Origin: Octopus sinensis | Lineage: Eukaryota | Length of the DNA: 64,000 bases | Direction of reading: 5' to 3' | NCBI RefSeq assembly: GCF_006345805.1 | Contig: NC_043016.1 | Coordinates: 7,006,001 to 7,070,000, forward strand | Shown: positions 52,322 through 64,000 of the stretch, piece by piece | Position numbering within the stretch: position 1 is the stretch's first letter | Layout of the letters: the number at the start of each line of letters is the position of its first letter | Notes under the pieces: generated by a model | Seen by the model: only the letters and a program-made list of their open reading frames with translations | Databases searched by the model: none | What the model was told of the DNA's origin: nothing | Translations under genes and position numbers: made by a program

Positions 52322-52954
52322 TGGTGATGATTATTGTGTGTATATATATATATCAGGTCATTTGTGAAGTTTCTCATGTGTGCTAACATGGAATCCAGTA
52401 CAACCTGTTGCCTGGTTGGGTCTTTGGTAACCAAACCTGCACCCTCACTAGGCTTGCCTGGTGAGAAGGGTTGCCAGAAACCTGGCAGGACTAGAGGCAA
52501 GTCCTGTCAAAAGGACAGATGAGCCTACTGTATGTCCAGTGACTATCCAGCTACATCACAGGCCCTCAAAAATTCCAGGCTGGTGACCGTAGTGCTGGCA
52601 GACCACTGGGAGTGAGGTACTCCTCAATTTCTCTAGGAGAAGGTCTCTAGGAGAAGGTCACTTTCATATAAAACCAGATATGCAAGGAACAGCATTGGAC
52701 ATTTTAGGGTGGACATAAAATTCTAGTTTGTGCAATGGCTGGTGAGATGTGTTTCCAATGCTGGTCAAGTAGGAGGGCACTAAAGTAAGCATAGAAGCCA
52801 CCTGGGTGGAGCTGGGTGGAGCTGATTGTGGCTGCAATAACCTCATGTACTTGCATTGTTGGCATTTTACATGGACATTGGTCAGTGATGGTCTTCACCA
52901 GTCATGATTGGACAGCCATCACACACACACACACACATTGATGCCAATGTCACA

Positions 52955-53553
52955 TCACTGGCACCCATGATGGTGGCATGTAAAAAGCACCCATTATATT
53001 CTTGGTGTAGCAGGCATTAGGAAGGGCATCCAGACAAAGAAGCCATGCCAAATCAGACTGGATCTTGGTGCAGTGTCTGTCTTACAAGTTTCAGTCAAAC
53101 CATCTAACCCATGCCAGCATGGAAAACAGACACTAAATGATGATGATGATGGCAGACACGTTAGCACGCCGGGCGAAATACTTAACAGTATTTCGTCCGT
53201 CGTTACATTCTGAGTTCAAATTCCACCGAGGTCGACTTTGCCTTTCATCCTTTCGGGGTCGATAAATAAAGTACCAGTTTCGCACTGGGGTCGATGTAAT
53301 CGACTTAATCCGTTTGTCTGTCCTTGTTTGTCCCCTCTGTGTTTAGCCCCTTGTGGGTAGTAAAGAAATATGTATTTCGTCTGCCGCTACGTTGTGAGTT
53401 CAAATTCCGCCGAGGTTGACTTTGCCTTTCATCCTTTCGGGGTCGATTAAATAAGTACCAGTTTCGCACTGGGGTCGGTGTAATCGACTTAATCCCTTTG
53501 TCTGTCCTTGTTTGTCCCCTCTGTGTTTAGCCCCTTGTGGTCAATAAAGAAAC
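52955..53553 (+). mobile_element. RTE 3'UTR followed directly by dimeric SINE-A
   Basis: (GAT)n tail at ~53138-53150, then SINE-A with a second unit 184 bp later. Confidence 0.85.
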
Positions 53554-54489
53554 ATATATATTTGTGTGTGTTGTGTCTTTGTGTTGACATTGGGCAATTG
53601 TTGTAAACAAGCATGATTTTTATATGAATAGAATTCTTTGTTTCTTCCACAAAAACATGTTCGGCCTTAGGGGAGTATTTCCTTACTTGGAAACAGGTGA
53701 GGATTGGTGACAGGAATGGTGTTCAGTCATAGAAAGCCTCCTTCAAACAAATTCTGTTAAGCTTTTGTTAGAATGATGATAACATTAATGATGATGATGA
53801 TGATGACGATGATGATTTGTGAGTGTACTTTTTTTTAGTAGCTGTTCTGCATGACAAACAGGGATATGTGGAGTTCTAGTGATCAGCCCTTAGAAAGATA
53901 AAAAAAAAAAAAGACTTCAACCAACAATACATTTGTTCACAAACTGTTTGTTAGATCAATAGATGTAACAAAATAAGAATTGATATTGATTTAAAAAAAA
54001 AAGAACACACACACATACACACACAACCACCACCACCACCACCACCACCACCAGTATTTATCAATATTGAGAATTAGTCTATATTTAATAAAATTTTTTA
54101 TCTTCTCTAATATTTACTATCCTTCTTTTTGTGTACTTTTGGGGTGTGTTACACACACACACACACACACACATCTGTCCACATGGTGTACAGGTGTACA
54201 GAATCCTCCTCACCCTGCTGTTACTGCTGACTTCCAGCTGTTGGGTTTAAAAATAGGATTGGCTTTATGGCTGATTGTGTCTCCCTCATTCTCACACACA
54301 AAACAAACTTCAAATTAAACAAACCAATAAAATCTATAAAGAGAGATAAATTTGATGATATTTCTCCATATGTGCTCGCTTCACCCCTCACTATTACCTC
54401 CAACTTACACATAAGCAATAGATAATTTGTTAAGATCTTGCTTAAAAAATTTTCTTTACAGGAGAGAAAATGAATGATATCAGATAGGG

Positions 54490-55265
54490 TTAACCCTTTC
54501 GTTTTACCAACCCGACTGAAACTGGCTCTGGTTCTGAGTACAAATGTCTTGTTTTCATAAGTTTTGAATTAAATTCTTCCACCAAACTTTAGTCACAATT
54601 TATGTTCCTAACACTAGCTTAATGATAACTAAGTTCTTTTACTAAATTCTTTGTTATAGTTAAAGTAATTGAAAGAAACACAGATTATCTCAAAATAAAT
54701 ACAGTAAGGAAAGGGTTCATCCCATCTTTTAAAATGAAGATAAACAAGGTTATGCTTCTAGTCTGGCCACCTAGTGCAGTGCCATTGTATTTTTTGTAGG
54801 ATGTTATGGTTTAGCACTTATGTGACTCTAACCCACCTAAAAGTGACCTTAACAGAAATATGGTAACAAAAGGGTTAAAGTGATCAAAATTAAGACTTTC
54901 TTCCATCAAAACTTTGTGTTAATTTATGTTCCAAACACCAGCTTAACCCTTTCGATACCAACCTGGCTAAAACCACCTCTGGCTCTGTAGTACTAAATGT
55001 CTTGTTTTCATAAGTTCTGAATTAAAATCTTCCACCAAACCTTAGTCACAATTTATGTTCCTAACACCAGCTTAATGGTAACTAAGTTATTTTACTAAAT
55101 TCTTTGTTATATTTTAAATTAATTGAAAGAAACACAGAGCATCTCAACAGAAATATGGTAACAAAAGGGTTAATTATGGCAAAGGTATTTTTCTAAATTC
55201 TTCATAAATATTGAAATTAATTAGAACAATGGTAGTATATTTCAGAAGAGATATGGAAACAAAAA
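54490..55265 (+). mobile_element. Cluster of piggyBac-type MITE family 1 (54490-54719; 54943-55173 nested in an older copy)
   Basis: TTAA-CCCTTT starts and AAAGGG-TTAA-like ends. Confidence 0.85.
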
Positions 55266-55725
55266 GCTTGACTCTCAGGAATATAAATCTCTCATTCTCC
55301 TCTCTCTAACCTCTAATCTCTGCTGCTAAAACTACATTCTTATCGTACAGCCATGCCTATGCCTTGGAAGCTTTTAATTTAGATCACTTCAACCCTTTTG
55401 TTACCATAATTCTGTTGAACTACACAGCCTTTCTTTTAATTAATTTTGGAAATAATTGAGAATTAAGTAGAATACCTTTGTCATTATTTAGCTGGTGTTT
55501 GGAACACAAATGAACAATTTTAGAATTTTAAGAACATTTATATGTCTTGCAAACAACTTGCACATGCAAGTGCTACCAGTCAAAAACTCCGCATACCAGA
55601 AGCCAGCAAGTGTATGGGGTCATCAGGAGAGAATGCATGCCGTTTCGGGGCCTACCTCTCGACGGCATCAGTGCGCACCTGATATGAGGCCCCACTTGCT
55701 AGATCAGCTGGTTATCAAATAAAGC

Positions 55726-55970
55726 TCAATATTCTTCTAGCCATCGTTCATCGTCTCTTTTTAACCAAATCCAGTGGCTAGCCTTCTCCGCTGTAGTTTG
55801 GATATCGGTCATGGTCGTTTGGCTTTACAATGAGTTAGGCCTGACGATAACAACAGTCATCTCACACCGTGTCCAACGAATCCTCTACATCCGACTTCGA
55901 TTGGAAAATGTTCTGCTTTCCAGCCTGTTTCTTCACATTCCTCGAGGAGGTTTACATAACGGTCTATCTT
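55726..55970 (-). pseudogene. RLE endonuclease C-terminus of an R2-group (HERO-like) retrotransposon
   Basis: RYVNLLEECEETGWKAEHFPIEVGCRGF...TTAEKASHWIWLKRDDERW*. Confidence 0.75.
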
Positions 55971-56472
55971 TCAAGTAAACACTAATTTTTATGTCATAGA
56001 ACCAGGGGAAGCTCCAGGTGGATTGGTAGTAAAAAGGGTTATTTTAGTAAAATCTTTTATTTAGTAAAAGATTCTGCAAATCCACTGAAGCATTTGTGGG
56101 CCCTCTAGACACAATGAATCAACTGCTTTAATTTTTGTCATATTTTTTTTATTTAGCAAAACATAGACCTGGTGTATTTTAATTTAGGAGAATCCAAGGA
56201 AGCTTGTAATGTTTCCTAGTCGCAAATAGTGATGTAAATAATTCAAATTTCAGAATGTGTTTTATGCTTTATTCTATGAAAAGAGAAATGATCTCTCTCC
56301 TCTCTCCTCCCCTCTCCCCATCTCACCCCTAATCCCCTCTCCCCCTCTCTTTCTGTAGGTACATAACTGCATGTGTGTGAGTAAGTCTGTATATTTATAT
56401 GTGCCACTTTAGACTTATATGCCCTTCTCTGCCCTTTGCTGATGATATCCATTTTGACCTCAGATTTTTTTC

Positions 56473-56650
56473 TTGTGTCTGGGGAGAGACATTCTGCTTT
56501 AATGCCTCATTAATTAACACACTCACTGGTTCAATTTTCACTCCTTTATTATTTATTTTCCATGTATTCCAAAAATAAATAAATAATGAGTGGAGATTGA
56601 ACCAGTGAGTGTGTTAGATATTAAGGCAGTATGACTCTCTCCAGACACAA
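56473..56650. repeat. Inverted repeat related to 29139-29295
   Basis: ttgtgtctggggagag...ctcactggttcaat pairs with attgaaccagtgag...ctctccagacacaa. Confidence 0.75.
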
Positions 56651-56664
56651 AATATATTTTAGGT

Positions 56665-56878
56665 GTGTGACCCTTCTGTCCGAGTTAGTCGCCATGATAG
56701 ATCATTAGCCACTACACACATTTTTTTCTCCCTTGTTTTTTCTGTGTCCCTTTCTGTAGAAGAGCATAGGCTCGAAACGTAAAAGACTTTTTCTATTCCT
56801 GAGCGTTATCTAATACATCTGTTTGTTTTGTACCCACCTGTCTTCGTCTTTTGTTTCTTTTTCGTAAACTCCCCTATA
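56665..56878 (+). mobile_element. Penelope-like 3' end (family 2) with hammerhead-like motif
   Basis: cttt-ctgtaga-a-gagc-atag-gctc-gaaac-gta-aaag; ends at (TA)n. Confidence 0.55.
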
Positions 56879-57489
56879 TGTATATATATATATGTTGTAT
56901 TCATGTACTGAAGCCTATTTCATTGGTCTGGAGAGAGTCGTTTAATGCTTTATTGCCTTATTTAATTAACAAACTCATCAGTTCGATTTCCATTCATTTA
57001 CTTATTTTTTTCTAAAGATTTTTCATTGCTTCTTGCAACCTCTTCACTGGTTTTTTGGCTCGTCCATTATGAGAGCTGTGTTCTTTTTGTTTGTCTGTGT
57101 GTGTGTATGTGGTTTAGTGTGCTATGTATATGTATATGTATGCGTGTGTGTTTGTATGTATGTATTCTATATGGTCATGTGTTTGTGTGTGTTTCTGTGT
57201 GTGAATTTGTGTATGTACCTCTGTCTCTTTGTGTGTGCGTGTTAGAGTGTGTCTATATGCATGAGTTTGCATGACTGTGCATCTGCTATGTATGAATGTG
57301 TGTCCCCATTTGTGTCCTTGTGTGTGTGTGTGAAGTGTGCATGTGTGTATATAATCATGTGTTCCAGTTTTTTTTGCATATGTATGTGTGTATGCGGGTG
57401 TTTGTTTGTCCATATTACCTACCTACATACTTATCTGTTTTTTTTACTTATATATCCATTTACCTAATTATGTATATATTTATATATAT

Positions 57490-57795
57490 CATCATCATCA
57501 TCATCGTTTAACGTCGACTTTCCATGCTAGCATGGGTTGGACGAATGACTGAGGACTGGTGAGCCAGATGGCTGCACCAGACCCCAATCTTGATCTGGCA
57601 GAGTTTCTACAGCTGGATGCCCTTCCTGATGCCAACCACTCCAAGAGTGTAGTGGGTGCTTTTTACATGCCAGTCAGGCGGTACTGGCAACGACCTCGCT
57701 CGGATCTTTTACACATGCCAGTAAGGCGATGCTGGTAACGATCACGCTCGAATGGTGTCTTTTACGTGCCGCCAGCACGGAGGCCAGATAGCTGC
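57490..57795 (-). mobile_element. RTE 3'UTR fragment
   Basis: (CAT)n tail + ccatgctagcatgggttggacg. Confidence 0.8.
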
Positions 57796-57828
57796 TATAT
57801 ATATATATATCTTATATCTGAGAAAATT

Positions 57829-58145
57829 ATGGCATGGCTTAATGGTTAGGATGTTCAGCTCACAATCATGAGGTTGTGAGTTTGATTCCTGGTGGGGTGT
57901 TGTGTTCTTGAAACTTTATTTCACATTGCTCTAGTCCACTCAGCTGGCAAAACTGAGTAGTACGTATATTTCAAAGGGCCACCCTTGTCACATTTCGTTT
58001 CATGCAGAATATCTCTGAGAACTGCATAAAGGGTACACGTGTCTGTGGAGTGCTCAGCCACTTGCATGTTAATTTTTCCTGAGCAGGCCGTTCCATTGAT
58101 CGGATCAACTGAAACACTTGTCACCATAACCAATGGAGCACCAGT
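57829..58145 (+). mobile_element. SINE-E-related copy
   Basis: tggcttaatggttagg...gagtttgattcc head. Confidence 0.6.
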
Positions 58146-58326
58146 ATATAGTCTCCACCTATGTACAAAGTAACAAAAACTTTTCAATAATTAAGTAATC
58201 GTTGCAGTAAAATTAAATTATATGCTGTGAATTCATTAATTATTTAATTATGCTTTAGTAGCAACATTTTTCATTGGTGCTGTAAAAACTGCAGCATAGA
58301 TAACAAGAGAGTTTGCATTTTTTTTC

Positions 58327-58327
<1 letters not shown>

Positions 58328-58397
<70 letters not shown>

Positions 58398-59357
58398 CAT
58401 TATTATCATATCATTATTATTTTTGTTATTATTTTATTGAGTGAGAGAGCAGTTCATGCCATCAAAGTGACACTGGGGGTAAAATATCTCGAAGCCCAAT
58501 ATACCCATCATGACTACCCGTCTGATAAAGGTACACCAGCACATGCATCACAACTTATTATTATTATTTTTTTATTAAGTAATATATCATTAATATTCTT
58601 CTTCTTCGTCTTATTATTATTATTATTATCATTATTATCATTATCATTATTATTTTTTTTTTTTTATTATTATTATTATTATTTTATTATTAATATTATC
58701 ATTATATTCTTCTTCTTCGTCTTATTATTATTATTATTATCATTATTATCATTATCATTATTATTTTTTTTTTTTATTATTATTATTATTGTTATTATTA
58801 TTAATATTATCATTAATATTCTTCTTCTTCGTCTTATTATTATTATTATTAGTATGATTATTATTATTATATTTATTATTATTTTTTTTTTCTTCTTTCA
58901 AATTTGCTTCATTTCTTGCCGAGTGTCTTCCCGACTCCTAGGGCAAAGAAACTCATAGTATCATTGGTAGGCCATTAAACCAAACTCAATAGTTCGTTCA
59001 TTTTTATTATTTTTTTTTTTTTAATTAAATTAAAATACCTGAGCAGCAACAGTTCTCACATCGACAATGCTCTTCTCAATACATGTGATGTACCAGTTAA
59101 GACAATCTTTTGGCACTTTTTGCAGGGATGGTAAGCCAGGGATCATTCTCATATAATTTTCGTTCCCTTCTTGATCATTCCTAGTGCTCCTACAATCACT
59201 GTATTGTAACCGCCGTGAGATGCCACATTTTCTCAATTTCAATGAGTAGGTCTTTATTTTTTCTGAGCTTGTCAAACCTCTTTCGCTGAGATATTATGAT
59301 CACCGGTCGATCAATAAGCAAACTTTATTGTTTTGGTCTTTCACAACATATCTCTGG

Positions 59358-59398
<41 letters not shown>

Positions 59399-59620
59399 CA
59401 TCATTATTATATTATTATCATTAACATTATTATTATTATCATTATTATTATATTACTATTATTATTATTATTACTAATTATTATTATTTTACTATTATTA
59501 TTTTATTATCATTATTATTATTATTATCATTAACATTATTATTATTATTATCATCATCATCATCATTGATATTATTATTTTTTTATTTTTATTATTATTA
59601 TTATCATTATTATTATTTTG
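58328..59620. repeat. (TTA)n microsatellite field containing insertions
   Basis: TTA tracts at 58328-58437, 58555-58882 and 59360-59620. Confidence 0.9.
58883..59359 (-). mobile_element. 5'-truncated R4/Dong-like RLE retrotransposon
   Basis: Frameshifted VVKDQNNKVCLLID..DHNISAKE..KDLLIEIEKMWHL..VIVGALG..KIVLTGTSHVLRRAL (PD-(D/E)xK RLE); 3'UTR ends in an A-tract running into (TAA)n. Confidence 0.8.
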
Positions 59621-60198
59621 TTTTATTTATTATTTCTTTTTTTTTTCTACCTAGAATGTACTTAGCTGCTCGTTTTGCCTTTCCATAATCGTCAATCCTT
59701 GGGTATTAAATGTAGGCAACAGAATCAGGACAAAAAAAAAAATCCACGCTGCATACATTGGCCAAGATATTTGGTTTTCTTTTAGTTCGTTAGTTCATTA
59801 ACATCCGGCTCTTGCATCAATTAACACACTATTGTGTCTTGTGTCTCGTTAATATATTCAGTTAATGAATTTCATTTACTCCTTCCTGATAATAGGGTTT
59901 TTTCAATAAGTTGATTACCAAAGAATTACAATCGACTTCAAATAGGATCAAATATACTTGGGAATTTTCGAGCATGCTTGCTAAGATATTTGCAAGTTTA
60001 CGCTATTGGTTGATACTGTCCGACCTATACCAGCATGGAAGACAGTCGTTAAATGATAATGATAACGATGATGATGATTATTGTGTTACTATTTATAGAC
60101 AGGCCTATACATACACATGCATAATACACGTGTGTGTATACATTATATATAAATTACTGTGTGTGCAAGAGTATATATCATCATTATCATCATCATCA

Positions 60199-60646
60199 GG
60201 CGCAGGAGTGGCTGTGTGGTAAGTAGCTTGCTAACCAACCACATGGTTCTGGGTTCAGTCCCACTGCGTGGCATCTTGGGCAAGTGTCTTCTTCTGCTAT
60301 AGCCCCGGGCCCACCCGACCATGCCTTGTGAGTGGATTTGGTAGACGGAAACTGAAAGAAGCCTGTCGTATATATGTATATATATATATATATATATATA
60401 GGTGTAGGAGTGGCTGTGTGGTAAGTAGCTTGCTAACCAACCACAATGGTTCGCTGGGTTCAGTCCCACTGCGTGGCATCTTGGGCAAGTGTCTTCTGCT
60501 ATAGCCCTGGGCCGACCAATGCCTTGTGAGTGATTGGTAGACAAAACTGAAAGAAGCCTGTCTATATATGTATATATATGTATGTATGTGTGTGTGTGTT
60601 TGTCCCCCCAACATAGCTTAACAACCGATGCTAGTGTGTTTACGTC
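60199..60646 (+). mobile_element. Two tandem SINE-B 5' halves
   Basis: ggcgcaggagtggctgtgtggtaag at 60199 and ggtgtaggagtggctgtgtggtaag at 60401. Confidence 0.85.
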
Positions 60647-61199
60647 CACGTGAAATAACCCATTCAGGAGCAATGGGTTATTTCACTTGGATGTTTAAAA
60701 ATAAAATATATTAGTAATATGTAGTAGATATAAGAATCCCTTCTGGGGCCCTATTATCAATTTTTTTTCAACAATCTAAGTATGTGACTAGTTTTCTTGA
60801 CATGAGTTCTACTTATGTGTCAAGTTTCATCAAAATCAATAGAACAATGTAGGAGGAGTTAGATAACAACACCACAAACAAACACACCCACACATATGTA
60901 GTAGATATGTATATGTACTTAGAATATATATATCAGTTGAATAAAGTTAAAACTGTCTGATTTTCACATTTTTTATTATGGTATTTAAAAAAAAATATTA
61001 ATATGTTTACAATGTTAAAGTGTGTTAAACATTAAAAAAGATATTTTGTAAAATTCATAAAGTTCAGTTAGTGCCTTCATACATTTGTAGCAATCATCAG
61101 ATTTCAAAATGTATTTAACTTGCAAGCATATATACCTCTGGTATTTGAGCACTTTTTTCCCCCTTGTTTTTCACATTTATGTGCTTGCTCTGGTATGTT

Positions 61200-64000
61200 C
61201 CGATCAGCCAACATACCAGCCAAATTGACTACATCCTTGCCAGGCAAAGGGAAGATGGCTACTTATAAATGCCAAAACCTTCCCAGGCGAAGAATGCACC
61301 CCACAACATAGACTGGTAGTTAGTGACTTTAGGATCAGGAGTAGGAGGACAACCAGAAGCCGACCAACATGGAGAAGAAGATCTGGAAGCTGGATCCTGT
61401 GAATGGACAGAGATTTAGAGACATGTTACTTGAAGCCTTTGACGAAGTAGAAGGGGATCGTGTATCACATTGGTATAGGACAACTGGACGTTTCTAAGGG
61501 ACAACCTGCTGAGAGCCACTGACCAGATCTGTGGCTGGTGCAAAGTCCCCTCTCGTCCCAAGGAACGTGGTGGTGGAACAGTGTCGTAGACAGGGCTATT
61601 AGAGAAAAGAGACAGACTTGGAAGCACTGGAAGAATGTTGGTAGCAGGGAATTGTATCAGACTGCTAAAAGGGAAGCTAGAACAGGTCTATCTAGCCAGA
61701 GGGGAAGCAGATAAGAAAAAATTTGCCAATGTTCTGCGCCGTGAGGACCAAAGACTGGGGTGTTTCGCGTTGCAAGACAGTGTGTGAGAGAGAATTGTGA
61801 TGTGGTGGGAGAGAAGTGTGTTCGCATGGAAGATGGTTCACTTGCGCTAAACGAGGATGCAAATAGAGAGGCTTGGAGATGCCACTATGAAGGGTTGCTG
61901 AATAAAGAAATGAATGGGATAAAGAGAGTCTGCCGAACGTTGACCCAACAGAGGGACCAGCTATCAGGGTTGATAGTTCCTTAGTAGCTAAGGCAATTAG
62001 AAGCATGAAGACAGGGAAAGCCCCAGGCCCATCAGGTATCACAGCAGAGATGCTCAAAATATCTGGTAGTGTCGGCTATAGCCTAGTCACCTGTATATTT
62101 AATCAGTGATACATGAAGGAGTCATACCAATGACTGGTGTAGCAGCATAATAGTCAACTGCTACAAAAGGTAAAGGTGATGCCCTAGATACATAATTACA
62201 GAGGTATCAAGCTGTTGGATCAGGTGATGAAGGTTGCCAGAGAGGGTCATAAGCCAACTAATTAGAGAGGAGAGTTAGTTTAGATGAGATGCAGTTTGGT
62301 TTCGTGCCAGGGAAAGGTACCACTGATGCTATATTCCTGTAAGGCAGCTTCAGGAGAAATACCTAGCCAAAGATAAGGCCCTGTCCTGGCTTTTGTTGAC
62401 ATGGAGAAAGCCTTCGACAGGGTCCCCCCGATCCCTCATATGGTGGTCAATGAGGAAACTAGTAATAGAAGAATGGTTAGTGATAGCTGTGCAACCATGT
62501 ACAGGGACGCTGTAGTAAGGTGAGGGTTGGAAATGAGTACAGTGAAGATTCCGGGTAGAGGTAGGGGTCCACCAAGGCTCAGTCCCCTCAGCCCCCTCCT
62601 ATTTATCATAGTCCTCCAGGCAATAACGGAGGAATTCAAGACAGGATGCCCCTGGGAGCTCCTCTATGCTGATGACCTTGCTCTAATTGCTGAGTCATTA
62701 TCAGAACTGGGAAGAAGTTTCAGGTGTGGAAGCATGGTTTATAATCGAAGGAAGCCTTAGAGTCAACCTAGCTAAAACCAAAGTCGTATAAGTAGGAAGG
62801 TAGACAATCACAAACGCCTTCAGGTAGATGCCCTGCTCGATCTGTAGAAAAGGTGTAGGTAGAAACTCTATAAGATGCACCAATTGTAAGCATGGACACA
62901 TAAGAGGTGCAGCAATGTCATAGGAAGGCTAACTATGAAGATGGTTTTTGTATGTGGCAGATGCTCGGGAGCATTAACCTCTGAAAATCTGCAGAAAACA
63001 ACTTCCGTCACTTTCCAGGGGAAAAACTAGAAGTAGTTGATAGCTTCCGTTATCTTGGTGACCAAGTCAGTAGTGGGGGTGGGTGTGCTGAAAGTGTAAC
63101 GGCTAGAGTAAGAATAGCCTGGGCAAAGTTTAGGGAGCTCTTACCTCTGTTGGTGACTAAAGGCCTCTCGCTCAGAGTAAAAGGCAGACTGTATGATGCA
63201 TGTGTACGAACAGCCATGCTACATGGCAGGAAAACATGGGCGTGACTGCTGAGGACATGCGTAAGCTCGCGAGAAATGAAGCTAGTATGCTCCGTTGATG
63301 TGTAATGTCAGTGTTCATAGTCCGACAGAGTGTAAGTACCTTGAGAGAAAAGTTGACCTAAGAGGAATCAGATGTTTGTGTGCAAGAGAGCGATTGCGCT
63401 GGTATGGTCATGTGTGAGAATGGATGAAGATAGGTGTGTGAAAAGTAGCCACACCCTGGCAGTTGAGGGGACCTGTGGAAGAGGTAGACCCAGGAAAACC
63501 TGGGTCGAGGTGTTGAAGCACGACCTTCGAACTCTAGGGTCACCAAGGAACTGACCAGAGACCGAGACCTATGGAAGTATGCTGTGCATGAGAAGACCCG
63601 GCAAGACCAGTGAGAACAATCAGAATCAAATCATATATCAGAAAGCAGGGGTTAAGTGACCCATCTGTTCGTGTCCTGTCAAGCCTCGTCTGGCACCCGT
63701 GCCGGTGATACGTAAAAGCACCTTCGCTCATGGCCGTTTTGCCAGCTCTCCTGCCCCCGTGTCGGTGGCACGTAAAAGCACCATCCGTTTCGTGTTCGTT
63801 GCCAGCCTCGCCTGGCCCCGTGCCGGTGACACTAAAAGCACCGTCCGTCTCGTGGCCGTTGGCCAGCTCTGTCTTGCACCGTGTCGGTGGCACGTAAAAG
63901 CACCATCCATTCGTGGCCGTTTGCCAGCTCTGTCTGGCCCCTTGTCGGTGGCAAAAACGCACCATCCGTCCGTGTCCGTTGCCAGCCTCGCTGGCCCCCG
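61200..64000 (+). mobile_element. Long RTE-clade LINE fragment (APE end, RT, 3'UTR), continuing beyond the window
   Basis: GEECTPQHRLVVSDF, KAPGPSGITAEMLK, NYRGIKLL, FVDMEKAFDRVP, LLYADDLAL, FRYLGD, GRGRPRKTW; many frameshifts; ORF ends ~63612. Confidence 0.95.
63660..64000 (+). repeat. ~60-bp tandem repeat in the RTE 3'UTR (about 6 units)
   Basis: Units of caccatccgt..cgtggccgtt.gccagc.tc...tggc.cc.gtg.cggtggcacgtaaaag. Confidence 0.9.

Noticed and set aside
55615-55680. Hammerhead in the HERO-like 3'UTR (minus-strand ctgatg...gaaac...ctgatga)
   Set aside because: I could not build consistent stems around either core.
58437-58958. 173-aa hydrophobic ORF
   Set aside because: Translation of (TTA)n repeats.
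63660-64000. CRISPR-like regularly spaced repeats (also 45395-45575, 15902-16337)
   Set aside because: Whole units repeat with no unique spacers, there are no cas genes, and the context is eukaryotic transposons.

Overview
AT-rich, repeat-dominated eukaryotic DNA with one 100-N gap (338-437). It is not prokaryotic; the repeat families suggest a cephalopod (Octopus-like) genome, which is an inference. Most of the window is transposon debris: several tRNA-headed SINE families; fragments of RTE, CR1-group, L1/Tx1, R4/Dong and HERO-like LINEs; Penelope-like ends; piggyBac-type TTAA MITEs; a Tc1 transposase relic; Helitron relics; and very long (TA)n and (TTA)n microsatellites. Nearly all ORFs in the supplied track are microsatellite or repeat artefacts. 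One convincing host coding exon (46982-47164, +) starts a type II membrane protein resembling a Golgi glycosyltransferase. A candidate 99-nt exon lies at 12149-12247 (-). Most notable: (1) two independent TSD-bounded chimeric retrocopies in which a Pol III RNA ending in oligo-U (U6 snRNA; pre-tRNA-Leu 3' end) is fused to the same SINE family; (2) several minimal hammerhead-ribozyme-like motifs with covarying stems; (3) a fixed-junction 184-bp SINE dimer; (4) a 3' stem-loop shared by a SINE and a LINE; (5) a PHD-type finger inside the RTE reverse transcriptase ORF. Repeat boundaries were read by eye and are approximate unless a TSD or TIR is quoted. SINE-A/B/D/E and MITE family 1/2 are my own working labels.
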